A stretch of DNA of 64,000 bases, taken from NCBI GenBank assembly GCA_963820525.1, contig CAWGAA010000001.1:1792001-1856000 (forward strand), written 5' to 3'. Positions within the stretch are counted from its first letter, which is position 1. Each line of letters starts with the position of its first letter. Source of the DNA: an uncultured Spirochaetota bacterium. Its GTDB lineage: Bacteria > Spirochaetota > Spirochaetia > SZUA-6 > Fen-1364. Positions 56,875 to 64,000 of this stretch are shown here, piece by piece. Made by a program: the position numbers and the translations under genes. The notes beneath the pieces were generated by a model. That model ran no database searches, had not been told where the DNA came from, and was given only the letters and a program-made list of their open reading frames with translations.

Positions 56875-57969
56875 ATGCGAACACGAATCTCATTCATTCT
56901 GGCCCTTGCCATTGCGGCCGGCGCAGCACCTTCCGCTTTCGCCCAGGAGAAGCCGGAGGCGGCGCTATTCGCCGGAGGAAGCTTCGCGGTCATGCAAACG
57001 GCGTTCGAGGACGTCTATGGCGTGATCTCCGTCGTGGCGGGGTACACGGGCGGCACCGCCCGAAATCCGACATACCAAAGCTACGCGAAGGGCGGATACC
57101 TGGAAGCCGTGCAGGTGACCTTCGATCCCAATCGCGTAACTTATCCCGAGCTTCTTGACGTCTTCTGGCGCGCCGTCAACCCGACGGACTCCGGGGGCCA
57201 GTTCACCGACCGCGGTCCCCAATTTGCAGCGGCCATCTTCTGGCTCGATGAAAGGCAGAGGGCGGCGGCGGAGGCATCGAAAGCGGCGCTGGCCGCTTCC
57301 CGGCGGTTTTCCGCTCCCATCGTGACACAGATCCGCCAGGCATCCGCTTTCCATCCCGCCGAGGATACATGGCAGGATTACGCGAAAAAGGACGCGGCCG
57401 CCCTCAACCGCTTGGTCTCCCAATCCGGGCGCGCCGACTATTTGCGCAAGATCTGGGGAGAGCAGGCTCTCGCGGACCCTGCTGCCCCTCCGGCGGCCAG
57501 GAACGGCGTCTACCGCAAACCGGACAAGGCGGATCTTCGAAAGACGCTCACGCCGCTTCAGTTCGAGGTGACCCAGCAGGATGGGACCGAGACCCCCTTC
57601 GACAACGAGTACTGGAACAACCACCGTGAGGGGATCTACGTCGACATTGTTTCCGGCGAGCCGCTGTTCAGCTCAACGGATAAATTCGAATCGGGAACCG
57701 GCTGGCCCAGCTTCACCAGGGCGCTTGCGCCGAGCAATGTCATCACGCGCATCGACCGCAGCTTCTTCATGGAGCGCACCGAGGTCAGGAGCAAGTACGC
57801 GGATTCCCACCTCGGCCACCTCTTCACGGACGGCCCGGCCCCGACGGGGCTCCGCTATTGCATGGATTCGGCGGCCATGCGCTTCGTGCCGGTCCAGGAC
57901 ATGCAGAAGGAAGGCTACGGCCGGTACCTGAAGCTGTTCGCCGCAGGCGCCCCTACGGCAGGCGGCTGA
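56875..57969 (+). CDS. msrB: Secreted MsrA-MsrB fusion; MsrA domain lacks its catalytic Cys
   Basis: Signal peptide; MsrA-like [30 protein letters not shown]; Msr[27 protein letters not shown]. Confidence 0.9.
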   Translation: MRTRISFILALAIAAGAAPSAFAQEKPEAALFAGGSFAVMQTAFEDVYGVISVVAGYTGGTARNPTYQSYAKGGYLEAVQVTFDPNRVTYPELLDVFWRAVNPTDSGGQFTDRGPQFAAAIFWLDERQRAAAEASKAALAASRRFSAPIVTQIRQASAFHPAEDTWQDYAKKDAAALNRLVSQSGRADYLRKIWGEQALADPAAPPAARNGVYRKPDKADLRKTLTPLQFEVTQQDGTETPFDNEYWNNHREGIYVDIVSGEPLFSSTDKFESGTGWPSFTRALAPSNVITRIDRSFFMERTEVRSKYADSHLGHLFTDGPAPTGLRYCMDSAAMRFVPVQDMQKEGYGRYLKLFAAGAPTAGG

Positions 57970-58987
57970 ACCACAACAGCGATAACGAGCCCGCCACCAG
58001 GAGCAAGGCGGCGGCAACGGCCGTGAAGATCGCCGTTATCTCGGTCTGGCTCTTCTCCACGATCAACCGCGTGGAGAGCGCCTCGTAGATGCCTTTGAGC
58101 TGGTTTTCGTCCTCGGCCCTGAAGTAGCTTCCGCCCGTCTTGGCGGCGATCTGCTTGAGGGTATTCTCGTCGAGGAACACGCGAAAAGAGAAGCCCTCCA
58201 TCCCGATGAGGGCGCCCTGGGGGGTGCCCACGCCGACGGTGAAAACCCGGACACCGCGGTTTGCCGCCTGATCCGCGATATCAAGCGGGTCGGGGCCCGT
58301 GTTGCTCTGGCCGTCGCTCAAGAGGACGATCACGGCGCTCTTGTAGCTTCCCGGCGGGACCGGCGGAGGCGCAGCTTGAGACTGGTCCTGCTGGGCGGGC
58401 ACAAGCGGCTGGGTCGGGGAAGCCGCCCGGGATGAGTTGTCGGCTGCGGGGTTTTCGAAGATGGCGTCCAGCGAAACCAGGAGCCCGCTGCCGATCGCGG
58501 TGCTCCGCTGGGTCCGCAGCCGGTCTATGGCTGCATAGAGCTGGTCGCGATCGGTGACGGGGGCCTGGACAAGCGAGGCCGATCCTCCGAACGCCACTAT
58601 TCCGATGCGCACCGAGCCCGGCTGCCGCTGAATGAAGGCCCGCGCCGCGGCTTTCGCGGCATCGATGCGGCTGGGCTTGATGTCCTGCGCCCGCATGCTG
58701 CCGGAGATGTCGATGGCCAGGATCACAGTGCCCCGCTCCGAGGGGAGCAGGACGCTCGCCGCCGGGCGGGCGAGCGCCACGATCATGACGGTGAGGCCGA
58801 GGAAAAAGAGCACCGCGGGAATATGCCTTCTCACCCCGGGGCCGCGCCCCAGGGCTTCCTTCACAAGGGAGAGGCTGGAATAGCGAAGCGCGTATTTTTT
58901 CCTTCGCCTCTGAGCCAGCAGATACGCCCCAATCAGGACCGGAATAATTGCGAGCAGCCACAAGAGCTTGCCCCAGATGAATGTCAT
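57953..58987 (-). CDS. VWA domain membrane protein (BatA-like)
   Basis: N-terminal TMs, [28 protein letters not shown]-terminal TM. Confidence 0.93.
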   Translation of the reverse strand: MTFIWGKLLWLLAIIPVLIGAYLLAQRRRKKYALRYSSLSLVKEALGRGPGVRRHIPAVLFFLGLTVMIVALARPAASVLLPSERGTVILAIDISGSMRAQDIKPSRIDAAKAAARAFIQRQPGSVRIGIVAFGGSASLVQAPVTDRDQLYAAIDRLRTQRSTAIGSGLLVSLDAIFENPAADNSSRAASPTQPLVPAQQDQSQAAPPPVPPGSYKSAVIVLLSDGQSNTGPDPLDIADQAANRGVRVFTVGVGTPQGALIGMEGFSFRVFLDENTLKQIAAKTGGSYFRAEDENQLKGIYEALSTRLIVEKSQTEITAIFTAVAAALLLVAGSLSLLWFSRLP

Positions 58988-59939
58988 GCTTTCTCCCCCG
59001 CCGCATGCGGACTGCCCAGGGGCGCCGGACGGGCGGCGGATTGAGCGCCCGCCCTCCTGCGTTTTCGAAGCGCGGCGAACCGCACGAGCTCGCCCACCAG
59101 GTCTCCCTCGGTTGAAAGCTCCAGGACATCCGTCCCGCAGCGCGCGAACGCCTCGGCGAGCTCGTACTCCCGCCGCCGCGCCGCCTCGGCGAACCGCCTT
59201 CGAAACCCTGCGTCGTGGGTGTCGAGAAAGAGCTGCTCGCCGGATTCCGAGTCTTCCAGAATGACGGCGCCGACGTCGGGAAGGACGCTCTCGCGCGGAT
59301 CATGCAGGCGGATCGCGAGCGCCTCGTGCCGCCCGCTTAAAATACCCAGAGGCTTGTCCCAGCCGGGCACGCTGAAAAAATCGGATACGATGAAGACGGC
59401 CGACCGCCGGGGAATCACCCGCTGGGCCGTTTCCAGGAGCAAGGAAAGCCTCGTCACCGGCACGCGCCGTGAACGCTCCTCTGCGAGAAGGTCGTTGATG
59501 AGCCGGAGAACCTGGATCTTCCCCCCTGGGCGGGAATGACGCGCGCGCTTTCCCCGTTGAAGAGGATGGCCCCAATCCTGTTTCCGTGCCGGGTCAAGAG
59601 GCGGGCCAGCACTCCAACCAGCTCGACCAGGAGGTCCCGCTTGAGCGCCCGCACGGTTCCGAAGTCGACCGAGGGACTCAGGTCCAGGAGGAACCACGCG
59701 GTGACTTCGCGGTCCTCCACATGGAGGCGGACGTAGGGAGTCTGCATCCTGGCCGTCACGTACCAGTCGATGGCCCGCACGTCGTCGGTGAGCTGATACT
59801 CGCGCAGCTCCGCCAGCTCCAGACCGAACCCGCGAAACAGCGTCCGGTAGTTGCCCTGCAGCAGGCCGTCGAGACGGCGGATCACCGTCCAGTCCAAGCG
59901 CTGCAGGATTCTCTCAGGTGCCTGCGCCGGCGCCGGCAT
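58984..59939 (-). CDS. DUF58 family protein, split by a 1-nt deletion in a G run at 59521-59526
   Basis: G.ELAELREYQ..DDVRAIDW.VTAR, LDLSPS then VSDF, IRLHDPRE in the next frame; adding one G restores QGGKIQV. Confidence 0.9.
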
Positions 59940-60960
59940 GGCCGTACACGGGTTGGGGCGCTGGAATCGCCTCCAACACCTGCTGGAGGATCATGTCCGC
60001 GGTGATCCCCTCGGAGAGGGCCTGATAGGAGGTCACCAGGCGATGCCGCATCACGTCGAGGGCGATATCGATGAGGTCCTGCGGTACGACATAGGCGCGG
60101 CCCCGAATGTATGCGAGGGCCCGCGCCCCCAGGATCATGTTGATGGATGCCCGGGGGCTCGCCCCGTATACGATGTAGGGGGCGATGTCGGGAACGCCGT
60201 ATTTCGCGGGGTCCCGCGTCGCGGCGGCCAGGCGCACCGCGTGCTGGATCAGCAGGGGATCCACGAAAACGCTTTCCGACTCGCGCCGCAGCTGGATCAG
60301 GAGCTCCGTGGTGGCCACGGGGCTCACCGCCGGGAGGGCGGCGGTCATCCGCTCGACGATGACGAACTCCTCGGTCTCTTCGGGGTAGTCCACGAGGACC
60401 TTCATCAGGAAACGGTCCACCTGAGCCTCGGGCAAGGGATACGTCCCGTCGGTTTCTATCGGGTTCTGCGTCGCCATGACGAGGAACGGGTCCGGCACGC
60501 GGAATGTCTCCCCGCCTATCGTCACCTGGCGTTCCTGCATGACTTCCAGGAGGGCGCTCTGCACCTTGGCGGGAGCGCGGTTTATCTCGTCGGCGAGCAG
60601 AAGATTCGCGAAAACGGGGCCCAGCGAGGTGCCGAACTCACCCGTTTTCTGGTTATAGATTCGCGTGCCCACGAGGTCCGCGGGCACCAGGTCCGGCGTG
60701 AACTGGATGCGCTTGAAGGTGCCGCTGATCGTCTGCGCCAGCGTCTTGATCGTGAGGGTCTTGGCAAGGCCCGGCACTCCCTCGACAAGGAGGTGGCCCT
60801 GCGCGAGGATCGCCACCAGCACGCGCTCCAGCAGATGGTCCTGGCCGACGATGATCTTCTTCACCTCGTAGAGGATCTGCTCCATCACCTGGGCGGTCTC
60901 ACCGCGGGCCGCCGTATCCAACGTCCGGGGGTCCGAAGTCGGGTTTATTCTCATTTCCAT
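59914..60960 (-). CDS. moxR: MoxR family AAA+ ATPase
   Basis: EGVPGLAKT, RIQFTPDLVPAD, DEINRAPAKVQSALLE, ATQNPIE, GASPRA. Confidence 0.96.
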   Translation of the reverse strand: MEMRINPTSDPRTLDTAARGETAQVMEQILYEVKKIIVGQDHLLERVLVAILAQGHLLVEGVPGLAKTLTIKTLAQTISGTFKRIQFTPDLVPADLVGTRIYNQKTGEFGTSLGPVFANLLLADEINRAPAKVQSALLEVMQERQVTIGGETFRVPDPFLVMATQNPIETDGTYPLPEAQVDRFLMKVLVDYPEETEEFVIVERMTAALPAVSPVATTELLIQLRRESESVFVDPLLIQHAVRLAAATRDPAKYGVPDIAPYIVYGASPRASINMILGARALAYIRGRAYVVPQDLIDIALDVMRHRLVTSYQALSEGITADMILQQVLEAIPAPQPVYGHAGAGAGT

Positions 60961-60974
60961 ACCTTCAAATCCTC

Positions 60975-61856
60975 CTAGTAGGGGGGTGATCCGATCATCC
61001 CCGCGGCCGACTCCAGGGGAATCGCGAAGCCGATTCCGATGAACACGTTCTGTCCCGTGGGGTTGAGAAGCGCCGTTACGATTCCAACCACCTCCCCATC
61101 GCGATCCACCAGCGGCCCTCCCGAATTGCCGGGATTCACCGCCGCGTCGAATTGAATGAGGTTGGCGAGCGTTGCGCCGCTTTCCTTCGACGTGAACGAC
61201 CTTTTCAAGCCCGAGACGACCCCTGCGGACGCAGAGCTCAAGATGCCGAAGGGGTCTCCGACGGCCACTACCTCGTCGCCGACGTGCAGAAGGGACGCGC
61301 TCACGAGCGTTGCCGGTTTCAGGTCATCGGGAATCGTTGCCGGCTGAAGAACGGCGAGGTCCTGATCCGGCTCTTTCTGGATCACATCGGCGGTGGACTG
61401 CGAGCCGTCGGCGAAGATGACGTTGACCTGGGTCGCGCTCTTCACGACGTGCAGGCACGTGAGGATGAGGCCGGTATCGGAAATCACCACGCCGGAGCCG
61501 AGGGAACCCCCCTTGGTCTTGTCCGTGCCCGAGCCGGTCACGAGAATGCTGACCAGGGAAGGGCGGATCGCTTCATAGGCCACCGAGGCGTCCGAAGGCT
61601 TGGGGGGCAGCGCGTCCAGGGTGCGTCCCACCGCCGTGTCAATGTCCCCCTGGGTAAGCCTCTGCGGTGCGGGCTTCGAGGCGTCGTAGATCAGGATGGC
61701 CGCGCCCGTGACGAGGAGGTTGGCCGCGATCAGGAACAAGGCGCTGTAGCGCGAATACAGGCGGACGATGAAGTCCGTGACGATCTTCAGGTCCGAAGGC
61801 TGCTCGGGCTCCTCGGGTTGCTTGAAAGCCTGGGGCAGCCGGCTGGAAAGCAACAT
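60975..61856 (-). CDS. Membrane-anchored trypsin-like (S1C/HtrA-type) serine protease without PDZ
   Basis: TM anchor; GSGV, LTCLHVV, DLAVL, IQFDAAVNPGNSGGPL; ends right after the protease domain. Confidence 0.92.
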   Translation of the reverse strand: MLLSSRLPQAFKQPEEPEQPSDLKIVTDFIVRLYSRYSALFLIAANLLVTGAAILIYDASKPAPQRLTQGDIDTAVGRTLDALPPKPSDASVAYEAIRPSLVSILVTGSGTDKTKGGSLGSGVVISDTGLILTCLHVVKSATQVNVIFADGSQSTADVIQKEPDQDLAVLQPATIPDDLKPATLVSASLLHVGDEVVAVGDPFGILSSASAGVVSGLKRSFTSKESGATLANLIQFDAAVNPGNSGGPLVDRDGEVVGIVTALLNPTGQNVFIGIGFAIPLESAAGMIGSPPY

Positions 61857-61910
61857 GATCTAAATTACTCAAGGGGGGGCGGTGAAGTGAAATAACATGA
61901 AATAACGGCT

Positions 61911-63030
61911 TCAGCCGCGGACGGCTTCCACCATTGCCCAGAAGTTCTCCAGGGGGGTGTCGAGCTGAACGTGATGCGTGGGCCCCACGATGAGCCCGCC
62001 GCCGGCTCCCACCGTCGCAATGCGGTCCCGCACCTCGCGGCGGACATCCTGCGGGGCGGCAAAGGGAAGGGTGCGCTGCTCGTCGATGCAGCCCCAAAAG
62101 CAGAGGCGTTTTCCGTACTTTTTCTTGAGCGCGCCGGGGTCCATGGCAGCGGGCTGCACGGGGTTGAGCACGTCCAACCCCATCTCGATGAGATCCGGGA
62201 TGATGGGCTCGATATTCCCGTCGGAGTGGTAGGCCAGCTTCACCCGGGGATTCACGGCCTTCACCTCGGCGAAGAATCGGGCCATGAGCGGCTTGAGGAA
62301 TTTCCGCCAGTGCGCGGGAGAGATCATCATGGCATTCTGGGCGCCCACGTCGTCCCCGGTCCAGATCATGTCCACGCCGAGTGAAGCGAGCCGCCTGGCC
62401 GCGGCCAGATGATAGCGAAACGGGATGTCGAGGATCCGCATGGCCAGATCCGGCTCGAGGGCGAGGTCCATCAGCATCCGATCGAGACCGCGCAGCGCCC
62501 AGGCGGTCTCGAAGACCGTGGTCACCGTGACTCCGACGATCCAGTATTCAGCTCCAAACCTTTCTACAACCCGCCGCGCCTCCGCATAGAGCTCGGGCCG
62601 CTCGGGATCCGGCGGCTTGTAGGATGCCACCGCTGCGTCATCCGCCAGGGGATGGCTCATCATTTCCGTGTAGCGGCCGGGACCGAAACGGGTCGCATAT
62701 TCGACCGCCTTCCACCCGATGCCCCACTCGTCGGTATACGCGTCGCCTTGGTAGTACGAATCCGCCCAGCCCACGGAGGTGAGAAGGATGGTCCTCATCC
62801 AGCGCGATTTCCAGCTCGTAGCGGTTTCCTCCCCCATGAGGGTTGTGTCCGTCGAAGGCGGACCGGAGCCTTCCAGAAGGCTTGCCGGAGGGAGGAGAAG
62901 CCAGGAGGCCCTTCTCCTCGAGGTCGAATCGCAGCCGGCGGGCGAACTCCGGCGTGAAGCTCGCCTGCAGGGGGCAGCGGTCTGGCTGCTCGTGGCCGAG
63001 AGCGGTCTGGACGCGCTCGCGATGGGTCAT
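61911..63030 (-). CDS. Uroporphyrinogen decarboxylase/MtaA-CmuA family protein, +1 frameshift near 62790
   Basis: MTHRERV...PDRCP, DEWG..W, LRGLD, GDDVG, YHSDG, NPVQP, GGGLI..PTH; an extra C in GAGGAC-C-ATC splits the frames. Confidence 0.9.
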
Positions 63031-63171
63031 GGAATGAGAGTATACGCCGGATGCCGAGCGGGCGAAAGGGTTTCGGCTAAAAGCCGGCGGCCGAACCAGT
63101 CCCTGCGGCGGCAGGCGCGCCTTGGCATGGCGATGCGCCTGTCCCGGTTGACCAGGGATGTGCCCCTGCTC

Positions 63172-63200
63172 TTGAACAGCCCGGGGCCCACGGGTATACT
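63172..63200 (+). promoter_or_regulatory. Sigma70 promoter for the riboswitch-glyA transcript
   Basis: TTGAAC-17bp-TATACT. Confidence 0.75.
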
Positions 63201-63249
63201 CTTTCCCGGCGGCGGTGAGCCGCCCTCCGCGCGCGTGCGTCGCTCGAGC

Positions 63250-63330
63250 GCGGAAGCGACTGGCGTTTCAAGATGGGCGCACCATCGGGGAGCTTCGGCG
63301 GGTCCGGCGTCGTACGCCTGGGCGCGGACC
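63250..63330 (+). ncRNA. ZMP/ZTP (pfl) riboswitch
   Basis: GACTGGCG, P2 GATGG/CCATC followed by GGGGAGC, P3 containing GTCG..CGCCTGGGC; sits upstream of glyA, a typical ZTP target. Confidence 0.88.
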
Positions 63331-63373
63331 GCGAACCGCTTCGCCAGGGGGATTTCCCCCGCAGGGGGTGCTT

Positions 63374-64000
63374 ATGCCCGTCGGTCAGCTTTCTTCATTC
63401 CTGAAAAAAAACTCTCATCCCACGCCCGCGGCAGTCGCCTACGTGGCGGCTCTGGAGACGGTGTCGCAGCGGGCGCCCGAGATCGCCCGCTCCATCGTGC
63501 TCGAGCTGGAGAAGCAGCGCTCCAACATCAAGCTCATCGCCAGCGAGAACTACTGCTCGATGGGCGTCCAGCTCGCCATGGGCAACCTCCTCACGGACAA
63601 GTACGCCGAAGGCTACCCCCGGCACCGGTTCTACGCGGGCAACGACAACGTCGACACCATCGAGGAGCTGGCGCAGTCCGAGGCGAGGGAGCTTTTCGGC
63701 GCCGACTACGCGAACGTCCAGCCCCACTGCGGCGCGGACGCCAACCTGATGGCGTACTGGGCGATACTCACCAAGAGGGTCGAGATGCCCGCACTGGAAG
63801 CCTACGGCGAGACCAACCTTTACGAGCTTACCGACGCGCAGTGGGCCGAGCTTCGCGCGCGGTTGGGAAACCAGCGCCTCCTCGGGCTGAACTACCACTC
63901 CGGGGGCCACCTCACCCACGGCTACCGCTACAATCTGTCGGCCCGCATGTTCGACATCTACTCCTACGCCGTGCGCAAGGACACGTACCTTCTGGATTAC
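63374..64000 (+). CDS. glyA: Serine hydroxymethyltransferase, runs off the window end
   Basis: KLIASENY, TDKYAEGYP..RFYAG, NVQPHCGADAN, SGGHLTHG. Confidence 0.96.
   Translation, partial: MPVGQLSSFLKKNSHPTPAAVAYVAALETVSQRAPEIARSIVLELEKQRSNIKLIASENYCSMGVQLAMGNLLTDKYAEGYPRHRFYAGNDNVDTIEELAQSEARELFGADYANVQPHCGADANLMAYWAILTKRVEMPALEAYGETNLYELTDAQWAELRARLGNQRLLGLNYHSGGHLTHGYRYNLSARMFDIYSYAVRKDTYLLDY

Noticed and set aside
56960..57000. Selenocysteine in the MsrA active site
   Set aside because: The codon is AGC (Ser), not TGA
59515..59535. Programmed frameshift or phase variation in DUF58
   Set aside because: The G6 run is short, and other single-base indels in the window favour sequencing error
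63075..63235. 6S RNA-like sequence (TCCCTGCGG... CTTGAAC)
   Set aside because: No convincing long closing stem; CTTGAAC is better explained as the -35 box of the glyA promoter

Overview
Bacterial chromosomal window, roughly 60-65% GC by eye, probably from a free-living spirochaete-like anaerobe (inferred from the style of the binding-protein N-termini and the long-type GlyA; not certain). In order: the end of a peptide ABC operon with a cysteine-desulfurase-like gene; an ~11 kb AT-rich three-gene island (NlpC/P60-like lipoprotein, secreted beta-propeller, and a 2678-aa modular surface protein with seven 54-aa repeats); a lipid kinase, a 5'-truncated rdgB and a panE-like gene; a ~24 kb carbohydrate-utilisation region (uncharacterised 610-aa protein plus Zn-ribbon partner, GH2, clan GH-A enzyme, GH35, two sugar ABC systems, YesM/YesN-like TCS, LacI with four tandem operators, GH31 alpha-xylosidase); hcp with an FNR/CRP-type box; a LolA-like/FtsX-ABC/beta-barrel module; a putative sigma-54-driven small ORF; a TetR-controlled rifampin-phosphotransferase-like gene; several small accessory genes; an MsrAB whose MsrA domain has lost its catalytic Cys; a protease-MoxR-DUF58-VWA operon; a URO-D family gene; and a ZTP riboswitch ahead of glyA. 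Three single-base frameshifts suggest assembly indel errors, and several genes appear to carry larger deletions. I saw no rRNA, tRNA, CRISPR, integrase or transposase. All family calls come from motif recognition by eye, not from database searches.
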